From positions 144,398,001 to 144,462,000 of the forward strand of contig OZ286459.1 of NCBI GenBank assembly GCA_965644265.1: 64,000 nucleotides of DNA, written 5' to 3'. Of the stretch, positions 1 to 12,897 are shown piece by piece (position 1 is the stretch's first letter; the number at the start of each line of letters is the position of its first letter). This DNA is from Glycera tridactyla (lineage: Eukaryota). The notes beneath the pieces were generated by a model that was given only the letters and a program-made list of their open reading frames with translations, made no database searches and had not been told where the DNA came from. A program made the position numbers and the translations under genes.

Positions 1-1
1 C

Positions 2-1903
2 ATCAAGGACTACATCGCGGAAGGTGAGAAGCAACTCAACGATACAAGGTTCTACAAAAAAACTGAGGAGAACCTTACAGAATATCACAATAACCTGGTG
101 AACGAGTTGTTACAAAAAATGTGCATAGAGGGAGAGATAAGTGGCAAAACAATGGAGTATTTAACAAATGAGACTCCACGCACGGCCCAATTCTATTTAC
201 TCCCAAAAATCCATAAAAGACTGGAATCACCACCTGGGAGACCAATAGTTTCAGCAAATGCATGCCCAACGGAAAAAATCTCAGAATTCGTGGACCATTT
301 CCTGAAACCAGATATACCTTCTCTTAGATCATACCTGAAGGACACAAGTCATTTTATACTAGAGGTAGATGCCTTGGGAAGGGTCCCAAAAACCAGTCTG
401 CTAGTCACCATTGATGTGACGAGTCTCTACACAAATATACCAATAAAGGAGGGTATAGATAGTGTGAGAGCTTTCCTGGAAAAATATAGGAGATCTAGCT
501 ACAGACCAAGGAACTCATCAATTATAGAGCTCCTAGATATCACTCTGAACTGTAACAACTTTCAGTTCAATGAAATCAACTATCTACAAGTAGGTGGTAC
601 AGCGATGGGGACCAAAGTAGCCCCTAGCCTAGCAAATATATTTATGTCAGATTTCGAAGAGAAACATATCTTCAGTTATGACAAACAGGCAATCTTCTAT
701 AAACGATTTCTAGATGATATCATTTTCGTCTGGACACATGGTGAAGAAGAACTATTGAAATTTCTCGACCACTTGAACAGCCGCCATGACACAATAAAAT
801 TCACCATGGAGTACTCGGCTGACAAAGTAGTCTTTCTAGACACGTATTTACATCTGTCACCGGATGGACATTTGTGGACAGATCTGTATAGCAAACCGAC
901 AGATAGCCATACGTATCTTCACTATAAATCAGCACATCCGAGTCACTGCAAAAAGAGCTTACCTTACAGCCAATTCCTCCGGCTGAAGCGCATTTGCAGT
1001 AGAGAGATGGACTTCATAAACCACTGTGAAGTCATGATCTGCCATTTGTTAAGGAGAGGCTACCCTTTAGAGCAAATCATAAAGGCCTTTCTGGATGCAA
1101 ACAAACAAGACCGACAGACACTTCTGAACATACAACTTGAAAGAATGAAGAACCCACCAAAAAGCACTGCGGATGAGGATCATGATTTATTCTTTATCAC
1201 AACATATTGTCCAGGTCTGTCTGCCCCCAGAGAAATCATAACGGAGAACTGGGACCTACTGAAAAGATCAGCAGCAACCAAGATCTTAGCAGAGACTAAA
1301 GTGACCTTTGGTCACAGGAGACCACCGAACCTGAAAGACCTACTAGTAAGGGCACGCATCCCCCAACCGTCTCCCCAGAAGGGACCCACCCCACTGAGCA
1401 AAAACAAGAATGGATGCAAAAACATAAAATGCCAATTCTGCCCCTTACTCAACAAAAAAGGCAGAATCAAAAGCTCAGTAACTGGGAGAGAATATGAAAG
1501 CAAGAAAAATGTTACATGTCAGAGCAGCAATATCATCTACTGCATCACATGCAAAAAATGCACCAAACAATATGTTGGACAGACTGGAAACAGCCTACAT
1601 ATGAGATTTGGAGCACATTCTGGATCGATAGGACGGAAAAACCTGAAAGAGGATGTCAGCCGACACTTTCTGCTCCCAGATCACAGGGGAATTCAGGATA
1701 TGGAACTACATGTGGTGGATTTCATCCATGCACCACCAAAAACCAACTTTGCCATCACACTCCGGCTCCAGATAGAATTTAACTGGATCCAGAGATTGAA
1801 GACAATGTTGCCACTGGGACTGAACACCAAAGACAGAACCCCTCTAACCAAGAATTGTCGTAATTGGCAATTCTACCGGAATACCAATAAATTTAAGGTA
1901 TAA
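2..1903 (+). CDS. Penelope-like element (Neptune-type) reverse transcriptase + C-terminal GIY-YIG endonuclease; 5' end lies outside the window
   Basis: The frame is open from base 2 (IKDYIAEGEKQLNDTRFY...). RT motifs: GTAMGTKVAPSLANIFM, YKRFLDDIIFVW, FLD, and thumb KPTDSHTYLHYKSAHP. A Cys linker (CKNIKCQFCP) precedes the GIY-YIG-type NIIYCITCKKCTKQYVGQTG...RFGAH. No stop until 1901-1903. Confidence 0.93.
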   Translation: MKDYIAEGEKQLNDTRFYKKTEENLTEYHNNLVNELLQKMCIEGEISGKTMEYLTNETPRTAQFYLLPKIHKRLESPPGRPIVSANACPTEKISEFVDHFLKPDIPSLRSYLKDTSHFILEVDALGRVPKTSLLVTIDVTSLYTNIPIKEGIDSVRAFLEKYRRSSYRPRNSSIIELLDITLNCNNFQFNEINYLQVGGTAMGTKVAPSLANIFMSDFEEKHIFSYDKQAIFYKRFLDDIIFVWTHGEEELLKFLDHLNSRHDTIKFTMEYSADKVVFLDTYLHLSPDGHLWTDLYSKPTDSHTYLHYKSAHPSHCKKSLPYSQFLRLKRICSREMDFINHCEVMICHLLRRGYPLEQIIKAFLDANKQDRQTLLNIQLERMKNPPKSTADEDHDLFFITTYCPGLSAPREIITENWDLLKRSAATKILAETKVTFGHRRPPNLKDLLVRARIPQPSPQKGPTPLSKNKNGCKNIKCQFCPLLNKKGRIKSSVTGREYESKKNVTCQSSNIIYCITCKKCTKQYVGQTGNSLHMRFGAHSGSIGRKNLKEDVSRHFLLPDHRGIQDMELHVVDFIHAPPKTNFAITLRLQIEFNWIQRLKTMLPLGLNTKDRTPLTKNCRNWQFYRNTNKFKV

Positions 1904-2474
1904 CCACACAACTTGTCCTGAGAAGAAGGTACATACTGATCACCCTCTGTACTTGAGACCATGAGCAAACCGCCACCTTACTTTGCCTCGTTTACACAAT
2001 TCTTATATTATGTAAGCTGGTGAATCACCTCTGGTCGATCTCAAATAATTTTCTGAGGGTAGTCCCATAGAACCATCAGGGCACCCCCAACGTCTCAACG
2101 TGTGACAAAAAGTGTAGATCCTAGATACACTCAGCGCACATCCATTCATTTGGATGTTAAAAAATCATGTTAACATAGGAGAAAGAAATCGGGTCTTGTG
2201 TAATACCAATACAATACACATCAGCTGATCTCAAATACCCCCTGTGATATCAAAAACAGGAAGACCCCACACCAACCCGACCATATACACCAGAGAATGG
2301 TTCATAAATTTCCATAAAACACCCACAGGAAATTTATTAAGCAGGAAAAATTATCTTGCTTGTGGGTTTCATATAAGTGGAAGACTTACACTGGGATTCA
2401 TTGAATAGAGTAAGAAGGGTTTCCACAAAGCTAACATCCCCATGAATAAACATGAATTTATAGGGATTTCCATA

Positions 2475-2730
2475 GGCAACTGATGAGGCTCATAAATAGC
2501 CGAAACTCGGATTATGGTTCCAGACATAGCACCAACATCTGAAACCAAGACACCAGTTTGGAGGGCCAGGGGACAGGTCCTCCCACCTGGTGTGATGTCA
2601 ATAGACAGCAGTTCACTTGGTAGACACCAGATGTCATAGACATCGATGGTTGCTACCTAGCAACAACTGCGTTGCGCTGATGACGTCACACGCCACGGTT
2701 GTAAACAGTTACGCCATTCCGAGTCTTGCC
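2475..2730 (+). ncRNA. Type I hammerhead ribozyme with a 206-nt insertion in loop III
   Basis: Stem I GGCAA (2475-79) pairs with TTGCC (2726-30). Core CTGATGA is at 2480-86. Stem II is GGCT/AGCC around a 7-nt loop, followed by GAAA (2502-05). Stem III ACTCGGA (2505-11) pairs with TCCGAGT (2718-24). The predicted cleavage triplet is GTC (2723-25). Confidence 0.8.
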
Positions 2731-2764
2731 GTTGAATGAGAGAGACGCGCCGTTGCCTCGTTAA

Positions 2765-2768
<4 letters not shown>

Positions 2769-2835
<67 letters not shown>

Positions 2836-2840
2836 GTATA
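2769..2840. repeat. (TA)n microsatellite at the end of the PLE
   Basis: Directly visible TA dinucleotide run. Confidence 0.95.
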
Positions 2841-4150
2841 TCCGCTTGGCCAATAGATATATTTCTATCTCATATACACTTCATACAATTCATACAAATA
2901 ATACCAAAGACATGCCCAGAAAGCAGACCAGCAGACAAACAAAACCCATGCAATGATGAGTGGTCATAGATTTTTACCGCATTGTCTGATTACTATACAT
3001 TTGGGAATTGGCCCATTACCCCAGCCTGGGTTGAAGAGATAGTGAAGAATCCCTCAATCTCGAATTACGTTTGACTTATGATCTGATATTTTGACTGCAT
3101 TTCACCAAATATCTTGTCGTGCAAGTATCATCTGTAGAATTCTGATCATTATGGCGCACATATCGATGGAAACAGGACATCAATACTTTGTATAGGTATA
3201 CCAAGAGACACATTCATTTAGTGTATCACGAGAATCAAGTAATTGTACCATGAATTCATCTCTTCAGCGAATGATTAACACAATCATTCATAACCTGATA
3301 AATGTGTCATGTCATTTTACCATGGTTCCTACATGAAATCAGGATTACTGTCGTACCCGATGTTGGGGTGACTTGGGCTGTATTGGGTAAGCTTGGCTAT
3401 GCCAACAACCATTTTCCGGATTGACCTATCTTCTGATCATGAACATCAGTATGTTAAGGTTTTTCCCTACTCAGAATATCCATATTTGGTATTATCATAC
3501 CGTGGGTGCCGGTGGTTGTGTAAACCTGGCTGACGACATCCTCCTCCGCTTCTGAACATACAGACAGACGCTAACAAGGACGTTGCAGGAGCAGTTCAGT
3601 GGAGGCTTGCATCGGATTATAGAAATCCAATCAGTTAATCCTATCAGATGAGGATTTTATTCTACTGATTATCGGGAGTGGCAAGTTGGAATCTCATCCC
3701 TGAGGGTTCCTGTTTGGTTTCGCTATGGATATGGACATCCCTTCACAACTGCATTTATTTCCCCATCCAGTGTTCTCCACGCAGGATCGCTGGTTTTATC
3801 TCTCATCTATTGCGTTGCAATCGTAAGGACTGGCCTGCATTGCCTGGCTGGACCAACGCCACTGAATAACACAGGTGCCATATTTCTCAGAGCATCTGTC
3901 TGTCGTTTTGGGAGTTATCTTATATCAACAAATTTGGAAGCTGGCCGGTGTTTCTGATTTTCAATTTTTCTCTATCTTGATATCCCTGCGAAGTGAATCA
4001 TTTGCAGCATAAGGATAGAAATTGGCGTACTCAGCATTTTATGAACCACTGCTCATTTCTCATATCGCAGAGATCGCAAAAGGATGAAAACATCTACACT
4101 GTCCATTCGATTCGAACACAAAAACTACTTACCCGTAGAGAAGCATCATT

Positions 4151-4728
4151 ATGTTCACCAAGTTCATAGTTGGGGTGATACATTTTTTCTATCGTAGAAG
4201 GACCTACGAAGACTTCAGTGATCATTTATCCAAACATGATACAGTTCTGTTGCTGGTCACTTTCTGTGGCGTCATTACATGGGTGATGACACTTAGCAGT
4301 GCTATTAGGTGCTGGTGTGATGATCAGTTCATCGACGAATTCAACAAAGATATTACTTCTTGGGTGGACTACGTGCACGGTTATTGTTGGGTAAGAAACA
4401 CCTACTATATACCACTAGAAGACCCAATTCCAAGCGCTGGGATACAGGATTCGGATAAACATATGGTTATCTATTACCAGTGGGTGCCTCTTTTACTCAT
4501 TGGACAAGCCTGTCTCTTCTACTTACCATCACTCATTTGGACGGGTTTCAATGGAATGAGGGGTGATAGTTTCGTTAGTCTTTGTGAATATTCGCAGACA
4601 TACAAGCAAACTGTAGAAAGTGACAGGAGAGTGATGTACCTTGAAGCCATTCGTCGTCAAATGGTTCATCTCATGGGTCATTCGACTCGCAAAAAGTGCC
4701 CAGGTCACTGTGAACCGACTCGTGGAGG
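4151..4728 (+). CDS. Innexin variable 5' coding exon A (divergent): N-term, TM1, EL1, TM2, cytoplasmic loop
   Basis: Innexin motifs AIRCWC, GYCWVRNTYY, YYQWVPLLLIGQACLFYLP. Donor GG|GTGAGT after 4728 is phase 2, in frame with the exon at 26718. Confidence 0.8.
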
Positions 4729-5355
4729 GTGAGTCATTTTCATTTGTAGAACCAATGCAGATATCTTAAATACAGCCAGACCTCCACCAAAGGCTACCTA
4801 TCTAAGAGGCCCACTTTCATCCGTTACAGTGCTATGAATATCTATACAAGGTGGGTCCTTGAAATCTGGAAAATCGATATATTTATATTGCACCTTTGGC
4901 CCTTTGAAAGCCTTCGAATTTAATTACCATTTCTGGGAAATGCCTGACCTTTTGTATTTGACCTGGAATATCAATGGATCCAAGATGATTTCAGTCACAA
5001 CCATGGAGTATATATCCATATATCCTCTTTGAAACTGAAAACTCGATTAACTCTCATTGACATCCAGCTATCCAGTCCTGAAAGTGTAGCCTTATTGGAT
5101 CTATGGAGAATTTTCTTGCGAATTCTCTTATACGAAAATCGTCATTTATCAGATTATCCGTGTGGTACCTGGATCTAGTGTCTAGTGTCAGAAGAATTAC
5201 ATCTCTCATTGAACCTGGGTAGATAGGTAACTGAAGCCATTCAATCTGGTGATCATCTCGTTCTTGTAGCAATTTCCCAAACTACGCAGCTGTTCCGAAT
5301 AGTGTCGTTGCTCACATAGAGTAGTCCACTCATATCCACATGATTAGGTTGTAAT

Positions 5356-5698
5356 GAGATACCGTAGTTGGGCCATCAAGTGAAATAAGACTTATTCTAT
5401 GACTACAATCGAGACTGAAGCTCATTCTGGTTGGATGATCGAAATACCGTAGATGGACCATCAAGTGAAATAAGACTTATTCTATGAAAACAATCAAGAC
5501 TGAAGTTCATTCTGATTGGATGATCGAAATACCGTAGTTGAACCATCAAGTGAAATAAGACTTATTCTATGACTACAATCGAGACTGAAGCTCATTCTGG
5601 TTGGATTAACGAAAAACCATAGTTGGACCGTCAAGTGAAATAAGACTTATTCTATGAATACAATCAAGACTGAAGCTCATTCTGGTTGGATGATTGAG
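5356..5698. repeat. 85-bp tandem repeat, about 4 copies
   Basis: C(A/G)TCAAGTGAAATAAGACTTATTCTATG recurs at 5374, 5459, 5544 and 5629. Confidence 0.9.
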
Positions 5699-6000
5699 AT
5701 CACGAGTGATATCAAGAGTGCATCATGTTGACATGACTGGCGTGTAATGTGGTTGAAATAGTCGAATTACTATTCAAATAGTTGAGAAGAACTATCTCAT
5801 TGGTCTTTGAGTCAGCCGATGAGTGCCTTGGTGCTTTCCTTATCGTATGAGGTGACCATCGAAATTCAATGTAGGCTTTCCCAACTCATGTGATTTGTGG
5901 CTCGAAAGCAAGGAAATCGCAGGTCCATCACGCACTAATTCAGTTGGTCTGTCTGAATGGTCCGGTCCGTTCGTCTGTCTGTCTGTCTCTCTGTCTGTCC

Positions 6001-6326
6001 GTGAGTATATTTGGAATGCCCTCCCTCCTAGTATTATAGGGCGGACAGACATGTCTGCCTCCAAAAAAGGTGCCACGGCCTTTCATGAGGCAATGGAATC
6101 TCCTATTTAGACATTGAGTCAAGTGGATCCTTCCTGACATATATCTGTATCGTATTACTAAATATCCCTTTTTTCTTTTGATATGTATATGTATGTGCTA
6201 TGTATGTTTGGTATTACATGTGTATCACGTGTTTCCTCTCTATATATGTTCACTTGAATTGGGAAAATATAGACATAATAGACCTCCCCGGGAGAGAATA
6301 AATACTTTTCAATCTCAATCTCAATC
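6001..6326 (+). mobile_element. 5'-truncated L2/CR1-type LINE 3' end
   Basis: Translates as IWNALPPSI (typical LINE ORF2 C-terminal WNxLP), followed by a 3'UTR, AATAAA at 6297 and a (TCAATC)n tail. Confidence 0.6.
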
Positions 6327-8544
6327 TTAACAGCCGTTCATCATTATGGTGATGGTGGTGTGAATATCTGCAACAGGAAAAGCCGAGTCCTGCCGTGAGT
6401 TCAGTGATGTATTTTCACCGGAATTTTTAAACTTTTATTTGTAATCGCCAGCGAACTCAACTGATGACTGTTGAGACTGAGTCTCGTGATGTATCATCTG
6501 AAAGTTGATGAAGATGAAAAGATTTCAGAAAGGCATTTCACATCAAATAACCATTTCATGAACAACCACATATTCATAAAGTTATGTCCATGAAAATATT
6601 CATTCGATTTATCCTCTCAGATCACTGCAGTGCACGGGGAGTGTCAGCTTCTGCGTTCATCATAGGGACTCATTAGTGACTGGACTGGTGTGTCACTATA
6701 TATTCGCAGTGCATGAAATAGGCAGGATGTGCGCGAGTATGTATCACTGCACTTTTTCAGAAATTGGGTTCGCGTTTGACAAGATCGGAGGATATACTTG
6801 GATGTGACGAACTGATGTCACATCAAGAAAAAGTCCAATGATATATGTATGTACGAATGTAACACAAACGTCACCCATTGGTGACATGGGTATTATTTCA
6901 CTGTCTGAGCATGAAGGAAGAGCTTTATGGTCTAGGCCACGCGAATAGATGTTCAAAAATTCCCCCGAAGTATTCTAAATCATTCATGCATAGCGTTTGC
7001 TTTTTCTTATATGGGTTTCTTCAGATGTACCTACTAAAATGCTGATTCAGAGCACCCGGAGCGGTTATCCCACTTTTGTACCTGATTATGAGAAGATCAG
7101 GGGTACGAATTGAACACCTATTCATGATGCATTAGCTGTCGAATGATGCAAAATTCTTTGTTCAAAACACTCAGGAGGGGATGTGCTGACAAGCGAATCT
7201 CCCACATGCCTGGTATAGCCGCCAATGACGCTAAATGGTGTTGAGTTGCACCGCCAACTAGCGTCGTTGGTGAGTACTAGGCTGATCTCCCTCGCCACCG
7301 GGTATCGCAGATGAAAAGCAAAAACTCAATAATGTAAATACATAATGGAGCAATCACTCCCACCATGCATGCATTATACATCACAGTTTCACTTGCGTTT
7401 GATCTCCTGCATTGGAATATATAGGATGAATGCTAAGACCATGTGATAAAGGAGTACAAAAATAGATGAATGATGATCTTGTAAAACCTTTGCGATCCTC
7501 CTTGGCGACATTGCGACATTGAGCCCAGCGCCCAGATCTTGTGGCAGTCGATTATCCATTACATAGTGTTCCCAGTACTTCACGTATGGGAGACTCATCA
7601 CTCGGTGTTACTCGATTGCAATCATCCCACGCCAGTTTCTGACATGCTCATCAGAACCTGCTGTGAAAACATTACAATCGATCATCAGTACCAGTCTGGC
7701 TGTATCCATTTGAATACATGCACAAAATGTCACTTTGCCTTCAACTGTTTTTACTGCAGACAATCGGTTGGATCACATATCATAGTGGTATCGAATTCAG
7801 TAATGGAGGGAAGGCAAACACCATTTCTGATTGAAGAGCGTAACCGCACAGATTCATGGATTAGGTGGGCCTTGAAAAGCACATAATTCGAACATGTTGC
7901 TTGGTTAATTCCCTGGTGACTTCTCCACTGTGATGACATTTTGAGTGTGTGATTTCCGCTTTATTTCACTTCTCACCTGGCATCTAATATGAGGAGGAGG
8001 AGGAGTCTTATAGTTGTGAATGATCCTACTTACTCCCATTGCATCGATGTCTCAATATAGCCCAGTCTGTGTTCACGAGACGTTAACCAATAAGACAACC
8101 GAACACATGGGGGGGATATTCTAGACTGCATATTGGTAGCTCAATGGTTGTTGTATTGGTTCGCCCTGGAACCGAGCTAATTCCGTATTTTATTGGACGG
8201 TCTGACCTGTCTACAGAAACTATCCCTGTTTTTTCTAGGCAGGTAGTCTTTGTAGAGAGTTCTTTCAGTGTGAAAATTACAATAATGTGGAGAATGTGTT
8301 TGCTGTAGAGAGTCACAGCTCCGTAGGGTCTCCCGAGCGGTTTGGACTGCATTATTATCCATGTCATCACGATACATACTATTGAAATGCACGTTTTATT
8401 GTCGAAAACCTATCAACGACTCGTGAAAAAAACTGGAAAAGAGGGATTGAATTTGGATTGATCTGATTCACCTACATACACATTTATTCTAATCTTGGCT
8501 CAGATTTGCCCAGCCCGATGACTGACAATCAATGCAATTGATAT

Positions 8545-8649
8545 TACTACTGCTACTGCTGCTCCCGCCGCCACCACCACCACCACCACCACTACTACTA
8601 CTACCACTACTACTACTACTTTTCCACTTTATACTTTATGCTACTACTT

Positions 8650-8697
<48 letters not shown>

Positions 8698-8815
8698 ACA
8701 ATAATGATAATAATAATGCTGATAAAAGTAATGATAATGATAGTGATAATGAAATAGTAATAATGAAATAGTAATGGTGATAATAATTACAATCATGATG
8801 ATAATAGTAAATCAT
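8545..8815. repeat. Compound trinucleotide microsatellite (CTA/CCA/ATA)n
   Basis: Directly visible; it explains the low-complexity ORF 8532-8771. Confidence 0.9.
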
Positions 8816-9714
8816 ATAGCACCAATATCCATAGAAAGCTCAGAGGCAATTCGCAAGCGAAACTTACATTTCAACAAGACTCAGTATAGTCATGGTATAG
8901 TATATCAGTATCTTCTTTTTTCTCGTTGTTGAGGTTTTATTCTGTAAAATCAATCACAAGAACACATGCGCAATCCCGGAAGCAAACACTCTTTCGGCTT
9001 GCTCCCTACGCCAACATGCATACACAATCCACGCACGCACACACTCACGCACACACATATATATGCTAGCAATCTGGAGGGAATCTAGATACATTTGTTC
9101 GTCTAGAAAACACTTGTCATACCTTTCGCAGGTACCCGGATTTGCAACAGGATCTTGACGTAATGCATGTCGAAGCATCAAACAGGATGTCGACATTGAA
9201 CATGAGAGACTCACTAATGACTGTTCACTACTGATTGTTCACTACAGAATACTCCAATCCTATTGAGATTCCAATGTAAACGGAGATGTTCTTCCAGCGT
9301 AAATATTCTACTATGTACAAAGTATAAACTTCCGCTGAAAATATAGAGTTTTTATCCACAAGAAATGAGCTTTGGCCATGGGGGACTTTGGGGATTCTTG
9401 ACACGCCTTCGTGACTTTCCTGCATCAATCAAGTAGGCTAATTCATCAATCAAGCATTCAATCGATCAATCAATCAATCAATCAATCAGTCGGTAGGTCA
9501 ATCATTCCTAATTCATAATTCTTGATAAGATTTATGTTTTACGGAATCAAAACACACACTGAAGTACTGCTTGACATAGCGGACACTAACTGTCGTAGTT
9601 CAAACTGGCGCTGAAGCCTGATGCAATGAAGAAAATGACATCATAGCGATAATGAAAAATCAAGCAAGGTTGATGTTGTTGCAAATACTGTCCGATAATC
9701 GCAATATAGGCCGA

Positions 9715-9850
9715 TGTCGCTGCGCATGTGCGTCACCGAGAATGACGCAATAGAATTACCACGAGACACTGCGAGACATTACGAGGTGTCCAGCATCAAG
9801 GGGAAGGTCACATCGGTGACCTACCCGGCGGTTCTGACCAATGAGCACGC
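9715..9850 (+). promoter_or_regulatory. CpG-rich promoter-like patch, candidate promoter for innexin isoform B
   Basis: NRF1-like TGCGCATGTGCG at 9721 and CCAAT at 9838, about 3 kb upstream of exon B. Motif-level evidence only. Confidence 0.25.
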
Positions 9851-12800
9851 TGCACTCAAAACAATATGTCGCCTCGGTCTAGGTAGATAGATCCATGTCA
9901 TGAAAATGCATGTATGTCCGTGTGGCGAGTTTGTGGATGAACCACAATGCGACGCAAGCTATGCATGTGTTATAGGGTGTAAATGTTTAATGGTTTAGGA
10001 TGGAGAATGGGTCGAGTCTCTGTAGCAAGCCCCCCCCCCCCCCCCCCACCACCACCACCACCACCAAAACCTACACACATTGGCTGGTCGCTAAAATCAC
10101 GAGCGAGAGGTGCAGATACACTGCGCTCCAGAACACCACACCACCACCGACGCTACACTCACCACGTACACACCCGTTCTTCCTCCAAGAGCGTCACGGT
10201 TTGTGATTTCTGTGAGATGCCCCCATCACGGCTGAGTGACGTTCTGGGTGAATGTAGAGTGCGCTAGAGGATGCAGCCATTCAAGCATATTCTAACTTGA
10301 GCAGCGTACCCCCTCTCAGTAGCAGCCCATCTCTACACAAATCGCGACCCCCTCACGCCGGATTTGAGCAGGACACTATATACCACTAGTCGCGAATGGA
10401 AGTCAGCTACAGATCTGACTATATGGAATAGTTCTATGGTATTACCCAGGATATCTAACTCCAGAATCCCATTTCAGTCATTCGGGTGAATTGTACGAGT
10501 CACACAAGGATGGTGTGAAACCCCGTGGATATATTCTACCCCTCTACACAGTGGGGGTTACCTACATAGGATTGAAATCAGAATAGCGCATTCCACGGAA
10601 CATGCTGATGTTCTTATTGTGGTAAAACAGCGGAAGTTGTCATTTCAGTTATGAACCATCTTTAAGAATGGATAAACTACTCGGTATTCTGATCTGATTT
10701 CTGAGTTACGCACGCGTAATTCCTATATTGGTGCCGATAAACAAATGAAGCAATTCATATACATGTATATATGTGTATATGATAATGTGCCGGGTTTAGC
10801 TATCAATTTTGACTTCCATGCGTTGATCAAGAGCCTAATTTGACACTCAAGAAAATATTGGATGCGCCAGACGTTCTGTTTTGAGGGCATTTGTAAAGGC
10901 GTGGGGAGTGACACGGATGTTTGTGTCATTGGTTTGTGTGTGAATTTCTTTTGTGTCTGTGCTCACTTGTGGATTCCAATATGAAATATACCGATAATGA
11001 TATTGGTGACCTGCTTGTAGTCACAAACAAACACTAGAAGACAAACAGAAGGGTCATTCTCCCCTTCCCCTTGAAAGTGATCTCAGAACACAATGGCGGA
11101 CGATTAGTGCCTCGCACCACCGAGAGGTGACGCTAGGGGCCGGCTTGCCACAATAATGAATTTTAGCGTTCAGTCCGTTCATTCAAGAAAATCCCCCTTC
11201 ATTGAAGATATAACTGCGTTGTCCTTACAGTGAACAGTCTTTAAGTACATCTGATTGTTTTGAGCGACTTTTACAAGCAAGATCGAGTATACCGATTTTT
11301 ATCAACTATTGATTGATTGATTGAGTATGGCTTGACGTCTCTTCAATCCAGGCAGGGTTATTCGAGAGTGGGAGGCTTCCTCTATGTACACCCGGGGTCA
11401 GAAATGAGGTCCTCGGCTATTTCGCTGGGTTTATCGGGAAATCCGGCTGTTTTCCTCAATGAGAAAGAAATGAGAAAATGCCTTTCACCCCTCACTGACA
11501 TTCGATTACAATGACGCCGATAGAATCCTGCATGGTCTACCTTACTTGATTTACACAGCGGACGATGTCATATCGTGTATCTAGTTTAGCGGGCAGTCGT
11601 CGTGAATTGCCTGAGGGTGCGAGGTCGAGTAGCTGCGGAAAAGGTCAATTTCACCCACCCCCAGTCTTGCTAGGCACTGGACATCCTATATCCAGTTGCA
11701 CTGACCTGATTAGTTTTCATTACTCAACCTGAGTATTTTGATGGTACCAGTTCTTTTGTGAAACGTTCCCTTGCACCAGAGGGAAAACGCCCCTATCTGG
11801 CATAGCTGATCAGGTTCAACACCAGTGATATCACCCGTGTGTTGATGCCAGAACCCTATGTGCTATACATTGGGTTACATGAGTCAGTATTTTCCAGGAG
11901 CTCCTGATTCGAGTCGCAATAAAAAAGGCTATATCGGTGGAAAATGTAGTAAAAACACTGACACTGAATTCATTCCAAGCTGCATGAGATCCCGAAGTTC
12001 TGATGGAAAAATCGGATTAATGACTGCTTAAAGTCACTCCTCGTCTACATGTTAAGCATGTAGTAGAGATGGGGTTTATGACATCATGTTACTAGGATCT
12101 GATAGTCTTGCTAGCCCCTCCTAATTTAGTAACTGCTACAAATATAGAAAAATATGACAGACTAATGAAGTGTCATCTACCGGTGACTTAGTAGTACTGA
12201 AGTGTCATCTCATGGTCACTACCAATAACCTCCAACAATATTTTAATCGTAATCCAAATATCATCTCATCTGAAACGATGCAATTGCATTCAATTGTCAT
12301 TACCACCCATCTGCTTGGCAGATGGTGATTCCTGGAAATCTGCCTGTCCTGCGCAGATGGAAGGTCGTCACTTCCCAACTTTTCGACAGCACATTTTCTA
12401 CGGACAATCATATTTTTGTGTCGGGATATTTAGTGGGGTGTAATCTTGTACACCTCACCAAGGTTACCTGTCAACTCACCCCAATGCAAGCTCGCCCCAC
12501 TGGCTACTGAACCAGTTCGCTCCTGTACAAGCTCACACCATTCCTCACTCGCCCCATGACCAACTCGCCCCATAGGCTTCATACAATGGCTTTCAGCTCA
12601 CCTGATCACTATGAAATACTTGCGTAATCGATAGAATATCCTAGTTCACATTTTACGAATGTCCTTGAAATTGACCAGATGTACATATCCATTCCATTTG
12701 TTCAGCACAAGCATCAGGGCAACTGTTGACATCAAACCTTGAAGGTAACCGAAATATCTTGGTCCATGCCTCCTCTCACAATTATCTATGATTACAGGAA

Positions 12801-12897
12801 AATGAGGTTGATTGAAGGGAGAAGCAGAACGTGAAAAGACTGTTTAGACATTTGAACTAGTACTGACTTTTGATACCTGCTAAGAGACAATACCATC

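Larger units (their letters stand above)
1..2768 (+). mobile_element. Penelope-like retroelement, 3' portion with 3'UTR/pseudo-LTR region
   Basis: PLE ORF, then about 860 bp of A-rich non-coding sequence containing a hammerhead motif, running into a (TA)n tract. The right boundary is approximate. Confidence 0.8.
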
